DNA of 64,000 nucleotides from Candidatus Thorarchaeota archaeon (GCA_050124975.1 JASFEF010000001.1:26122-90121), one strand, 5' to 3'. Counted from the first letter of the stretch, positions 8,384-18,613 are shown. Made by a program: numbers and translations. The notes: generated by a model not told the origin, from the letters alone.

Positions 8384-9988
8384 ATGGCAGCACCTGTTGA
8401 CGACTATCAAATTCATAGAGAGATAGTTGAGTTGCTGCTTGGGTCCTCAGAGCCCCTCAGTAAGAAGGTGATTAACCGTATCAAGAACAAGGTCTCTGCG
8501 AAGTACAAGTTAGCAAAGACCCCGAGAAACGCTGACATACTACAATCCACAATCCCGGAGGAAGCTGAGATACTGAGACCATTTCTCCAGAAGAGGCCCG
8601 TCCGGACTGTATCTGGAGTCGCTGTGGTTGCCACCATGACTACTCCTCATGAATGTCCACATGGGAAATGCGCATACTGTCCTGGGGGTCCAGACCTTGG
8701 AGTTCCGCAGAGTTATACTGGACATGAGCCCGCCACCATGAGGGGGATTCAGAACGACTTTGATCCATTCAGACAGGTGGAGAGCAGACTCACACAGCTC
8801 TCAACAATTGGGCATAGCATAAACAAGGTCGAACTTATCGTGATGGGTGGGGACTGGTGTTCAAAGCCCCCAGAGTACCAGGAGTTCTTTGTCAAGGGTT
8901 GTCTAGATGCTATGAACAGATCGGTCAGCTCCAATATAGAACAGGCAAAGAAAGTAAACGAAACAGCAGAAGTCCGGAATGTTGGCCTTACCTTTGAAAC
9001 TCGCCCTGATTGGGTCACTCGGGAGAGTATAGATACTATGCTCAATCTGGGTGCTACACGTGTAGAGATTGGTGTTCAGACTCTTTCTGATGAAACCTTG
9101 CAGAAGGTTGAGCGAGGTCATGGAGTTGCGGAAACTGTTACGGCAACGAAGATGCTCCGCGATAGTGGTCTGAAGGTATGCTACCACATCATGCCTGGTC
9201 TTCCCGGAGCGACTTTGGAGAGTGATTTAGACACCTTCAAGGAACTATTCTCAGACTCTAGGTTTCGACCTGACATGCTGAAGATTTATCCAACAATAGT
9301 AGTCAAGAACACGAAACTGTATGATTGGTGGCAATCTGGGGAATATGCTCCATATACAAATGAGCAGGTAGTTTCTGTCGTTTCAGATGCAGTCAGCACC
9401 ATGCCTGAGTATGTCCGAATACAGCGGATGCAACGTGACATTCCTCTACACCAGATTGAGGCTGGACTGAACAAGGGGCATCTCAGAGAACTGGTTCATC
9501 AGAGAATGAGGGACCATGGTCAAAGGAATCCAACGATTCGATTCCGTGAGATCGGTCACTTTCAGATGCGGTCTGAAGAGGAAATCAATGCAGACAGTAT
9601 AAAGCTGGTTCGTCGTGACTATGATGCATCCAATGGAACTGAGGTCTTTCTCTCCTTTGAAGATCCAAAACTGGATGTGCTCTTTGGTTTTCTCCGCCTA
9701 CGAAATCCAAGCTCAGACCCACAGCGGGTGGAATTGACCGAGAAACCCTCAGTCATGATCCGGGAGCTCAGAATCTATGGCCCAGTCGTGGACATCGGGA
9801 AGAGAGACCGTGATGCTTGGCAACACTTGGGACTGGGAGAGAAGTTGATGTCAGAGGCTGAGGAGGTTGGACGAGCAGATTTTGACGCCTCACAGATCCT
9901 AGTGAACAGCGGTATTGGCGTCAAAGAATACTATCGTGCTCTCGGTTTTGTCGACAGAGGACCCTATCTTGCAAAGAGCTTACTCTAG
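8384..9988 (+). CDS. elp3: Elp3-family radical-SAM/GNAT tRNA-modification enzyme
   Basis: 534 aa. A radical-SAM region with CPHGKCAYCPGG is followed by a C-terminal GNAT fold. Confidence 0.9.
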   Translation: MAAPVDDYQIHREIVELLLGSSEPLSKKVINRIKNKVSAKYKLAKTPRNADILQSTIPEEAEILRPFLQKRPVRTVSGVAVVATMTTPHECPHGKCAYCPGGPDLGVPQSYTGHEPATMRGIQNDFDPFRQVESRLTQLSTIGHSINKVELIVMGGDWCSKPPEYQEFFVKGCLDAMNRSVSSNIEQAKKVNETAEVRNVGLTFETRPDWVTRESIDTMLNLGATRVEIGVQTLSDETLQKVERGHGVAETVTATKMLRDSGLKVCYHIMPGLPGATLESDLDTFKELFSDSRFRPDMLKIYPTIVVKNTKLYDWWQSGEYAPYTNEQVVSVVSDAVSTMPEYVRIQRMQRDIPLHQIEAGLNKGHLRELVHQRMRDHGQRNPTIRFREIGHFQMRSEEEINADSIKLVRRDYDASNGTEVFLSFEDPKLDVLFGFLRLRNPSSDPQRVELTEKPSVMIRELRIYGPVVDIGKRDRDAWQHLGLGEKLMSEAEEVGRADFDASQILVNSGIGVKEYYRALGFVDRGPYLAKSLL

Positions 9989-10788
9989 GCTGTTGATACA
10001 ACCAATCCTCTCAAGAAGTCATCCAGCTCTCGATTGAAGACTTCTGGGTTCTCAAGATTAGATGCGTGTCCTGCTCCGGGAATGATAACTTTCCGAGAGT
10101 TCTTAATCAGCTCAACCATCTTGTCGGCGTGTGGGAATACTGCTTTTCTTTCGTTCTCTCCCAGAACGACAAGTGTTGGAACTTCAATAGTTTCCAGAGG
10201 TAGTAGCTTGAATGAGTAGATGGCGTCTGTGACCTTCAGGAGTTCCTCCTTACCTAGCTTGAGCTGTTCCTGTTTGAGGTATTCTCTGATCTCATCATCC
10301 ATGTCGAAGAATTTGAAGGACCAGTCTGCATATCGTTCGTCACTCATTCTTCCAATTGTCCACTTGACCATCCATTTTGGATACACTGCTTTCAGCATCT
10401 TATCAGACAGTGTGAGAGCCGATGCAACGGCGGTGTCTGCAAGCACTAATCCCTTGAGATTAGAGCTATATTTGATCGCATATTCCTGTGCAATCATACC
10501 ACCCAGAGAGAGCCCAATTACAACAGGTTCCTGTATCCCCAGTCGGTCAAGTAACAAATGAAGGTCATTTGCAAATAGTTCACAGGAGTATGTATCGTCA
10601 GACCCCTCGGACTGCTGATGACCTCTGATGTCATAGGTGACTACGTTGTAGGTCTTTGAGAAGTGCTCAACCTGAGGCTTCCACATGTCGTGGGACGCCC
10701 CAGCTCCATGAATGAAAACTAATGTCGGTCCTGATTCTCCATGTTGTTCATAATATGTTTGGATGTTGCCTGTCTGAACAAATGGCAT
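9985..10788 (-). CDS. Alpha/beta-fold hydrolase
   Basis: 267 aa with an HG oxyanion motif (FIHGAG), the nucleophile elbow GLSLGG and a C-terminal GAGH. Confidence 0.8.
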   Translation of the reverse strand: MPFVQTGNIQTYYEQHGESGPTLVFIHGAGASHDMWKPQVEHFSKTYNVVTYDIRGHQQSEGSDDTYSCELFANDLHLLLDRLGIQEPVVIGLSLGGMIAQEYAIKYSSNLKGLVLADTAVASALTLSDKMLKAVYPKWMVKWTIGRMSDERYADWSFKFFDMDDEIREYLKQEQLKLGKEELLKVTDAIYSFKLLPLETIEVPTLVVLGENERKAVFPHADKMVELIKNSRKVIIPGAGHASNLENPEVFNRELDDFLRGLVVSTA

Positions 10789-10908
10789 ACCTTTCAGTTG
10801 TTTAGACTATGTGAAAAAAGTAACTACTTGCTACCACCTATGTAGCTGACTAATCGATTCGGAATAGTTACGGTAAAAATAAGACTAGGTTCTCTAACTG
10901 CTAGGATT

Positions 10909-12189
10909 GTGAACATGATGAAAGATGTTTGGTTAGTTGATTATGCGCGTACCCCCTTCTCACGATCACGACCCCAAAAACCAGAAACCGATGTGTTTGG
11001 TGAGATAAGGGGAGATGAGCTCCTAGCCCGCTTGCTCGTGAAATTTTTTGATGGGTCATTAGCGGATAGAGGAATTGAGAGAAAGGATATCGATGAGATT
11101 ACAGTCGGTGTGGCTTCAGGAGTCCTTGAGAACTGGACTTATGGAGGGAAGATACCCTCATTCTTGGCAGGATTTCCATATGAAGTGCCTACTATGTTCA
11201 TTGACCGCCAATGTGGATCTGCAGGCTCTGGAATGCACATTGGTATCATGGAGATTATGACAGGGTTCAGCACAACTGTTCTGTCAACAGGCTTTGAGCA
11301 TATGACTCGAGTGAGAGGAACAGGTGTAGACCCTAACCTATCCTTCGGTGACAAGGCCTCTGAGTTTTTCAGACCTGGATTAGATGTTCCCACGGTACTC
11401 AACATGCTGCAGACAGCCCAGAAATTGTACGAGGAGGAGGTACCGACATTCACTAAGGAGGACATGGATAAGTTTGGTGTACGAAGTCATAACCTAACGG
11501 TCAAGAATCAGGAGAGTGGTTGGTTCAAAGGCGAGATCATACCTATTGAAGGACATACACTGGGTAATGTTGACGAACCCATGATGATTGACCGGGATAT
11601 GAGTGCCCGACCTTCAAAACTGGAGAAAGTTGCTACACTGCCAAGGGTGTCCACCCCTTTCTATCTTGAGAAGAATGGCGGAAAAGAGGGCTACATAAAA
11701 CGCGAGGGGACAGATGAGGGCGTAATCACTCCTGGTAATGCATCACCTCTCAACGCAGGTGCAACCGCTGCAGTTCTAATGGAGGCAAAGGAGGCTGAGA
11801 AGAGAGGCATAGAGCCTATGGCACGAATTGTTTCCATGGGATGGGCAGGAGTTGATCCCACTGTCATGGGTCGTGGACCTGTTCCAGCCACCATTAAGGC
11901 CCTCAAATATGCTGGACTGAAAGCTGAGGATATTGACTTCTGGGAGATCAATGAGGCCTTCTGTATCGTAGCACTCAACTGTATGGACAAATTGAAGGTC
12001 CCAGAGGAGAAGGTCAATGTCATGGGTGGTTCAACTGCGATTGGACATCCACTAGGTTCAACCATGATCAGGTTAACAGGAACACTGGCAAGAATCCTCA
12101 AAGACAATAAGGCAAAGTACGGAGTCGCTAATGCCTGCGTCGGTGGCGGTCAAGGAGTCGCAACCGTTATTGAGAATTTAGACGCATAG
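10909..12189 (+). CDS. Thiolase (acetyl-CoA C-acyltransferase family)
   Basis: 426 aa with an active-site Cys region (DRQCGSAG) and the C-terminal NACVGGGQG motif. Confidence 0.85.
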   Translation: MNMMKDVWLVDYARTPFSRSRPQKPETDVFGEIRGDELLARLLVKFFDGSLADRGIERKDIDEITVGVASGVLENWTYGGKIPSFLAGFPYEVPTMFIDRQCGSAGSGMHIGIMEIMTGFSTTVLSTGFEHMTRVRGTGVDPNLSFGDKASEFFRPGLDVPTVLNMLQTAQKLYEEEVPTFTKEDMDKFGVRSHNLTVKNQESGWFKGEIIPIEGHTLGNVDEPMMIDRDMSARPSKLEKVATLPRVSTPFYLEKNGGKEGYIKREGTDEGVITPGNASPLNAGATAAVLMEAKEAEKRGIEPMARIVSMGWAGVDPTVMGRGPVPATIKALKYAGLKAEDIDFWEINEAFCIVALNCMDKLKVPEEKVNVMGGSTAIGHPLGSTMIRLTGTLARILKDNKAKYGVANACVGGGQGVATVIENLDA

Positions 12190-12223
12190 GACAATCTCTC
12201 CCGTCACAGGCAAAGGAAATCGG

Positions 12224-12841
12224 GTGGTATACGTGAATCTAATCCATATTCTAGCTATCTGTGGAATGCTCAGCCCTATCATCTACACACTGATGTGGAT
12301 CATTGGGGGAATCCTACAACCAGAGTATAGCCATATTCGCCAAGACGTAAGTTCACTCATTGCAGTTGGTGCACCAAACAAGAAGCTGTTTGACAAGTTC
12401 ATCATCTCATCTAGCACTCTACTGTTCGTTTTCTATATAGGAATGCACTGGGGAATAAACAATGGCGTAGGCTCTATCATTGGTCCTGTGTTATTTGCAA
12501 TCAGTGGACTCCTAGGAGTACTCGTAGCGTTGTTCTTTCCCCTTGATCCTGGTGGAGAACTTGTTACCACACGTGGGAAACTGCATCTAATTCTCATTTC
12601 CATATCCGGATTCTTGGCTACTGCGGGGATGGTTGCATTATGGTTTCGACTTGAATCTGTGGCGGAATGGAGTACATTTGCAACGTTCTCGCTTATCACA
12701 GGAATTGTGTCACTTATTTTAGCAATAGCCACGTCTGCTGCTACAAAGACCAATTATCTCGGTCTGGTGGAGAGACTTATGGTCAGCTCATATCAAATCT
12801 ATTACTTCGTTCTGGCGTTGATGATATTTTTGCTGAATTAA
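12224..12841 (+). CDS. DUF998-like polytopic membrane protein
   Basis: 205 aa, about 6 predicted TM segments, GTG start. Confidence 0.5.
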   Translation: MVYVNLIHILAICGMLSPIIYTLMWIIGGILQPEYSHIRQDVSSLIAVGAPNKKLFDKFIISSSTLLFVFYIGMHWGINNGVGSIIGPVLFAISGLLGVLVALFFPLDPGGELVTTRGKLHLILISISGFLATAGMVALWFRLESVAEWSTFATFSLITGIVSLILAIATSAATKTNYLGLVERLMVSSYQIYYFVLALMIFLLN

Positions 12842-13638
12842 GAAAAAGGCACCGTGGATGAGATTCTATATCTCGCAACCTCTGGATAATCTAGAAATTC
12901 CCAACTACCCTTGGCATCAGCAATACGTGCCCCTAACTCAAGGTGTAGCATAGCAATACCACAGTCTAGCTTTCTGGAAACACCGAAGCCTTCTCTCTTG
13001 CTGTTAGCTGACACAGTAATCGAATCACTGTTAATCTGGAATCTCCAAGGTTGTCTATTTCCAGCTGATGGGGCAATCCTAGCTGCTTCTAATGCAGTCT
13101 TGGTCCAGTGGTTGTTACCCACTTCTTCACTAATAATGAGCTTGTTTAGCATCTTTCGTCGATATTTTTTGGACGAAACACCCACTCTATCAGCTTCATC
13201 CTTTGAGTATCCAATGGGTGTGATACCTAGTACTCGTTCCCCATCTTCCAGATCAATTTGTTTCAAGACAGATTCACGTCGATAGAACCCTCCGACCCAA
13301 CAAGTATTCAGACCAAGAGCAGTCGCCTCTAGAATGATTCCTTCTCCAAGATATCCCATGATAGCGTGAACATTTGGTGCATTCATATCACCAATGAATG
13401 CGATATAGTATGGTGTTTCTTTTACCTTGTAGAGGAACTCGCCAACTGCACCCTTGAAAACGTCCTTTCCAGAATCTCTCACAAAGACTGCTCTAGAACC
13501 TGGAAACGGCCTGAACTCGTTGCAGACCTTCTCGATTCTTGCAGTCACCTCACCTTTTGGCACTTCACCAGAATACACTCTATGAGAGTGTCTGAGGAAA
13601 ATTGCATCATACCATGAATCGATAGGAATCTCCAACAA
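12838..13638 (-). CDS. Nitroreductase-family protein
   Basis: 266 aa with the SAGNRQPWRF motif. Confidence 0.7.
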   Translation of the reverse strand: MLEIPIDSWYDAIFLRHSHRVYSGEVPKGEVTARIEKVCNEFRPFPGSRAVFVRDSGKDVFKGAVGEFLYKVKETPYYIAFIGDMNAPNVHAIMGYLGEGIILEATALGLNTCWVGGFYRRESVLKQIDLEDGERVLGITPIGYSKDEADRVGVSSKKYRRKMLNKLIISEEVGNNHWTKTALEAARIAPSAGNRQPWRFQINSDSITVSANSKREGFGVSRKLDCGIAMLHLELGARIADAKGSWEFLDYPEVARYRISSTVPFS

Positions 13639-13780
13639 TATCCACCAACTGGTTTGATTGTTACAGTCGTAATGAGGTTAGTACCTGCTATTGCGGCAAT
13701 AAGTGGCGCCGAGTATGAGATTTGAAAGAAGCTTCTGGGAATACTTAATTTCTACCAGCCTTTCATCCAAGCGACTAGAA

Positions 13781-14674
13781 ATGACTGATGAAGAGTATCG
13801 CCGTGTAAGCATGAAAGATGTTGTCTTCAAAACAGATAGTAGCAATCCTCCGGTCCTGAAAGTTAATTCAGGAGAAACGGTGGTTTTCGAATGTAGAGAC
13901 GCATTTAATCAAACAATTCAGAAACCCACGGATTTACCAGTCAACTTTGATATGGAGAGAATAAATCCTGCTACAGGTCCAGTGTTTGTTGAAGGTGCAG
14001 AGCCTGGGGACACGCTAGAAATTCACATTCTAGATATCGATGTTGCAAAACAAGGTTCTTGTTGTATTCTTCCCGGCTTTGGATATCTTGCCTTAGAATT
14101 TCCTGAACCTTGGACAAAAATCATTCCAATAGAAGATGGAATGGCCATCTTTAGTGAGAAGGTGAAGATTCCGATAGATCCTTTTCCAGGCACAATGATT
14201 GTTGCGCCTGCTGAAGGCGCCCATGGCACTCTTATTCCAAAAGAATATGGTGGTAACATGGACTCACGTGCTTGTACAGTTGGCACAACTGTATATCTCC
14301 CCGTCTTTGTTGAAGGGGCTTTATTCGGTGTTGGTGATGTACATGCAGTTCAAGGCGATGGTGAGGTCTGTGGTACGGCAGTAGAAATCGATGCAGATGT
14401 CACAATAAGACTAGTAGTCAACAAGACAAAGACAATTCAACGACCTCAATATGAAACGGAGGAATACTTCATGACTACTGCTTGGGGGGAAACAACTGAT
14501 GATGCAATCAAAATCGCTCTTAGAGACATGATTGATTGGTTGGTTGATGAGAAAGGATTGAGCCGTCAAGAAGCATATGCTCTTTGTAGCTGTGCAGTTG
14601 ATATGAGAATCAGTCAGCTTGTTGATATCACTCCTGGAGTTAGAGCAGTACTCCCAAAATCAATCTTTACTTGA
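13781..14674 (+). CDS. Acetamidase/formamidase-family amidohydrolase
   Basis: FmdA/AmdA-like pattern (PPVLKVNSGETVVFECRDAF, GDVHAVQGDGEVCG). The ORF opens at 13703 (GTG); ATG 13781 or 13811 are more likely starts. Confidence 0.75.
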   Translation: MTDEEYRRVSMKDVVFKTDSSNPPVLKVNSGETVVFECRDAFNQTIQKPTDLPVNFDMERINPATGPVFVEGAEPGDTLEIHILDIDVAKQGSCCILPGFGYLALEFPEPWTKIIPIEDGMAIFSEKVKIPIDPFPGTMIVAPAEGAHGTLIPKEYGGNMDSRACTVGTTVYLPVFVEGALFGVGDVHAVQGDGEVCGTAVEIDADVTIRLVVNKTKTIQRPQYETEEYFMTTAWGETTDDAIKIALRDMIDWLVDEKGLSRQEAYALCSCAVDMRISQLVDITPGVRAVLPKSIFT

Positions 14675-14691
14675 TTCATAAAAGAAAAGAA

Positions 14692-14807
14692 TGGCGCCGA
14701 GGATGAGATTTGTTCCGGTTCACAGGTTGTGAATTCGCTTGAACTCATGCTTCCGAAGAAACTGGTTTTCAAGACCAGCGCCGTAATCCGGGCTTGGCTA
14801 CCTCGGC
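14692..14807 (-). tRNA. tRNA-Ser(UGA), class II, with a non-canonical intron in the T-loop and encoded CCA
   Basis: Acceptor GCCGAGG/CCTCGGC. Anticodon arm CTGGT-CTTGAAA-ACCAG. Long variable arm. T-stem ATGAG/CTCAT encloses 34 nt (TTCAA..gcgaattcacaacctgtgaaccggaac..AAAT) instead of a 7-nt loop. Confidence 0.8.
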
Positions 14808-14877
14808 TCAGCAAGTCACCGTTGGAAATGCCTTTTAAGCTTCTTGTCGTGGTTGGCTGAGAAGGTGAACTAAACCA

Positions 14878-15309
14878 TTGGAACGCGGCTTCAACTTCCA
14901 CGATCACACAGCAGACATCACGATAGAGTGCTGGGCTCCAGACCTGATTGATGCTTTCGAACAGGCTGCCCTTGCCACATTTGAGGTCATTCTTGATACT
15001 TCTACAGTGAAACCACAGGATACAGTTGAAATCACAGTTACAGGGACCGATCTTGAGGAGCTCCTCGTGGAATGGATTGGCGAACTAATCTCGTTGATTG
15101 ACATAAATGGACAATTCTTCTCCAAGTTTCATGTGGATCATCTTGAAGCCACTTTGGATGGTTATGTGTTAGAAGGACGTGCCTTAGGTGAGCAAATTGA
15201 CCATGAAAAACATGACACTAGGACCGAGGTCAAAGCCATGACATATGCAGATATGAAAATCCTTCAGGAACCCAATCGCACAACACTATGGTTTACCCTT
15301 GACCTCTAG
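14878..15309 (+). CDS. Archease (RtcB tRNA-ligase activator)
   Basis: 143 aa with the N-terminal F.HTADI motif (FNFHDHTADITIE). TTG start. Confidence 0.85.
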   Translation: MERGFNFHDHTADITIECWAPDLIDAFEQAALATFEVILDTSTVKPQDTVEITVTGTDLEELLVEWIGELISLIDINGQFFSKFHVDHLEATLDGYVLEGRALGEQIDHEKHDTRTEVKAMTYADMKILQEPNRTTLWFTLDL

Positions 15310-15321
15310 GAGGATGTATAA

Positions 15322-16179
15322 TTGACACTGAGAGTAGCCATCCCTGACACATCCCTAACAGATTGCTCAGATCTACGTCAAAAGACAGTAAAAGCTGGGT
15401 CGCTTGCTCGAGCACTAGCAGTCTTTCGTGTTGAGTCCGTGTACATTTTTGATACAGGATTGTTAGAACCTGGGAAAAAAAGGGATGCCGACCTCCTCAG
15501 AAGGATTCTCAGATATATGGATACACCTCAATATCTACGAAAGAGGAGTTTTCCCAAAACACAGGCTCTCAAGTTTGCAGGTCTCCTTCCCCCTCTCAGA
15601 ACAAGAAGTCATCCACTAGAAATCGCCATGAGCGATCTTCAGGAAGGTGCCATAAGATGGGGTTTGCAGGTTCGTCCAGGTAAGGTTGACCTAGGACTTA
15701 GCCAGCTTGTGAATTATTCAAAAACTGTGAGTGAACGTGACCCCACTCTGTTTAGGGTGATAAAGACAAAACCACAGATTGTACTCGAAACAATAGAGCG
15801 AGAGGATGTCAGTGATTATTGGGGATTTGAAGTCGAACGAGTGACAAACCTTGCAGATTTTCTCGAAGAATCTGATGACTCAACTAGAATAGGGTTTTCG
15901 AGGAAAGCACCATCCTATCACCAACTCGAGAATGACTTGAAATCAACAATTGCAGGAACGCAATCAGTTCTAGCTGTGTTTGGTGGGCCAGGCCATGGTA
16001 TTCTCGAGTTCTTTGAGAAGGAGAGGGAGAGAGTCAAATCGAACATCGATTTCTGGGTCAACACCATTCCTGATCAAGGTACTGCGACCGTTCGACTCGA
16101 AGAGGCGCTCTTTACAAGTCTTGGTTTGTTGAACTCCTCCGTGGGGGCGATGATTACTAAACCTGGTTTTCATGAATGA
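15322..16179 (+). CDS. SPOUT-superfamily putative RNA methyltransferase (DUF171/COG2106)
   Basis: 285 aa with the N-terminal VAIPDTSL...KT.KAGSLARALAVFRV pattern typical of DUF171. TTG start. Confidence 0.65.
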   Translation: MTLRVAIPDTSLTDCSDLRQKTVKAGSLARALAVFRVESVYIFDTGLLEPGKKRDADLLRRILRYMDTPQYLRKRSFPKTQALKFAGLLPPLRTRSHPLEIAMSDLQEGAIRWGLQVRPGKVDLGLSQLVNYSKTVSERDPTLFRVIKTKPQIVLETIEREDVSDYWGFEVERVTNLADFLEESDDSTRIGFSRKAPSYHQLENDLKSTIAGTQSVLAVFGGPGHGILEFFEKERERVKSNIDFWVNTIPDQGTATVRLEEALFTSLGLLNSSVGAMITKPGFHE

Positions 16180-16246
16180 CAAATACAGTCATGCGTGACC
16201 TTTATAGAAGAAACCTGCTAGACCAACCAATAACGAGGACTACTCC

Positions 16247-18613
16247 ATGCAGACTGAGAGAGTGAAACGCCTTCGGAAACAGAGCGTAGGAACAAAACCC
16301 TACATCTCTACAGAGAGGGCGGAGCTTCTAACAGACTTCTATCAAAGCGGTGGTGCGGATATGATGTCCACGCCAGTCGCGCGGGCTCTAGCTTTCAAGC
16401 ATATATTGGAGAACAAGACAATCTGCATCAATGATGGAGAGCTTATTGTTGGAGAGAGAGGTCCCGCTCCACAGGCTGCACCAACATACCCGGAACTCTG
16501 TTGTCACTCTCTTGAGGACCTTGAAATTGCTAATTCTCGTGAACGAACTCCATTCTTGTCAACTGAAGATGCCAGAACTACCTATCGTGATGAAATCATC
16601 CCCTTCTGGACTGGCAGAACAATGCGTGAGCGTGTATTTGCTGCTATGTCAGACGAATGGATGAAGGCATTCAATGCAGGTGTCTTCACAGAGTTCATGG
16701 AACAACGTGCTCCGGGACATGCTATACTTGACGACAAGATCTATCATAGAGGTCTCTTGGACCTTATTGATGATATTAAGAAACACTTGGCCGTACTTGA
16801 TTACTTCAATGATCCAGATGCCTACAACAAGGAGCAGGAACTGAAGGCAATGGAGATTGCTGCAAATGCTGTGATTGTGTTTGCAGAAAGACACGCAGAA
16901 AAGGCACGTGAACTCGCGGAGAGCGAGTCCGGTGAAGCACGAAAAAAGGAGCTCCTGGATATTGCAGACATCTGTCAACACGTACCAGCAAACGCCCCAA
17001 GAAACTTTTGGGAAGCATTGCAATCATACTGGTTTGTGCACCTGGCTGTCATCATCGAACTAAATGTCTGGGACAGCTTCAATCCTGGCAGACTAGACTT
17101 GAATCTCTACCCATTTTATCAGAAAGAGGTGGAGGAAGGGACATTGACGAGAGATTTCGCCAAGGAACTCCTCTATTGCTTTTGGGTGAAGTTCAACAAC
17201 CAACCTGCCCCACTGAAGGTGTCTATCACTGAACAGCAGAGCGGGACGTACCAGGATTTTGCGCTGATTAACACCGGTGGACTCACAGCTGAGGGTAAAG
17301 ACAGTGTGAACGAGTTATCACATCTCATTCTTGAGGTCTGTGATGAGATGAGGCTCATACAACCCAGTGTCTGTATTCAACTGAGTACTGAGAACCCAGA
17401 TAGTTTCCTCACGAAGGCAGTAGAAGTTGTCAAGGAGGGTTTTGGACAACCGTCTATGTTTAACACTGATGTGATAATGAAGGAGTTTCTGCATGCTGGA
17501 AAATCAATAGAGGATGCTCGAGTAGGAGGTCCCAGTGGGTGTGTGACAATCAGTGCCTTTGGAAAGGAAAGCTGCATATTGACAGGCTATTGTAACTGGC
17601 CAAAGATACTGGAAATTACCCTTCACAATGGAACAGATCCTCGAAATGGAGAAAAAGTGGGTATAGAGACCGGTGATCCGACCAAGTTCAAGTCATTTGA
17701 CGAGATGTTCACTGCTTACAAGAAACAGCTCGAGTACTTCATTAACCTGAAAATCAAGGGTAACAACATTATTGAACGTCTATACGCTGAGCATATGCCT
17801 GCACCTTTCATGTCCCTGTTATTTGATGACTGCATTGCACGAGGAAAAGACTACCATGACGGTGGACCTCGCTATAACTCCACCTACATTCAGGGAGTAG
17901 GAATGGGTACGATAACAGATTCGCTCTCATCTATCAAGTTTCATGTCTTTGAGAAGAAGCAGTTCACGATGAAAGAATTGCTTGAAGGGCTTAGTACTGA
18001 CTTTGAGAACAACGAAGTAATGAGAATGACACTCCTCAACAAGACACCTATGTATGGCAATGATGACGATTTTGCTGATACTTTGGCCAAAGATGTGTTC
18101 AACGTTTATTTTGACCTAATTGATGGACGTCCAAACACGAAGGGTGGTGAGTATCGCGTCAATCTCCTTCCCACCACAGTTCATGTTTATTTCGGTCAAG
18201 TGACAGGTGCCACTCCAAATGGTCGAAAAGCTGGGGCTCCACTATCTGATGGAATTTCTCCAAGTCATGGTGCTGACACAAAAGGACCTACTGCAGTCAT
18301 CAAGTCTGTGGCAAAGATTGACCATTGGAAGACAGGAGGAACTCTCCTCAACCAGAAGTTCATGCCTGAGGTTCTTGCTCACTCGGAGGGTCGAAAGAAG
18401 CTTGGGGACCTTGTTCGAACCTACTTCAAAATGGGTGGACATCATATCCAGTTCAACGTAGTCCATTCTGACACACTCAAATCAGCCCAGAAGAGTCCTG
18501 AGCTCTATCAGGATCTGATTGTCAGAGTCGCAGGATATAGTGACTACTTTGTCAATATTGGTACGGACCTACAGAACGAGATTATTGCCCGAACCGAGCA
18601 GAAACTCATCTAA
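16247..18613 (+). CDS. Glycyl-radical enzyme, PFL2/dehydratase-like family
   Basis: 788 aa with the C-terminal glycyl-radical motif RVAGYSDYF and a single-Cys loop GGPSGCVTIS. Confidence 0.9.
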   Translation: MQTERVKRLRKQSVGTKPYISTERAELLTDFYQSGGADMMSTPVARALAFKHILENKTICINDGELIVGERGPAPQAAPTYPELCCHSLEDLEIANSRERTPFLSTEDARTTYRDEIIPFWTGRTMRERVFAAMSDEWMKAFNAGVFTEFMEQRAPGHAILDDKIYHRGLLDLIDDIKKHLAVLDYFNDPDAYNKEQELKAMEIAANAVIVFAERHAEKARELAESESGEARKKELLDIADICQHVPANAPRNFWEALQSYWFVHLAVIIELNVWDSFNPGRLDLNLYPFYQKEVEEGTLTRDFAKELLYCFWVKFNNQPAPLKVSITEQQSGTYQDFALINTGGLTAEGKDSVNELSHLILEVCDEMRLIQPSVCIQLSTENPDSFLTKAVEVVKEGFGQPSMFNTDVIMKEFLHAGKSIEDARVGGPSGCVTISAFGKESCILTGYCNWPKILEITLHNGTDPRNGEKVGIETGDPTKFKSFDEMFTAYKKQLEYFINLKIKGNNIIERLYAEHMPAPFMSLLFDDCIARGKDYHDGGPRYNSTYIQGVGMGTITDSLSSIKFHVFEKKQFTMKELLEGLSTDFENNEVMRMTLLNKTPMYGNDDDFADTLAKDVFNVYFDLIDGRPNTKGGEYRVNLLPTTVHVYFGQVTGATPNGRKAGAPLSDGISPSHGADTKGPTAVIKSVAKIDHWKTGGTLLNQKFMPEVLAHSEGRKKLGDLVRTYFKMGGHHIQFNVVHSDTLKSAQKSPELYQDLIVRVAGYSDYFVNIGTDLQNEIIARTEQKLI

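Noticed and set aside
16431-18466. Alternative-frame and antisense ORFs inside large genes, for example 16649..17023(-), 11691..12107(-), 21189..21557(-), 27963..28388(-), 54032..54493(-) and 30763..31218(-)
   Set aside because: They are embedded in confidently identified genes, have biased low-complexity composition and carry no motifs. They are typical shadow ORFs.
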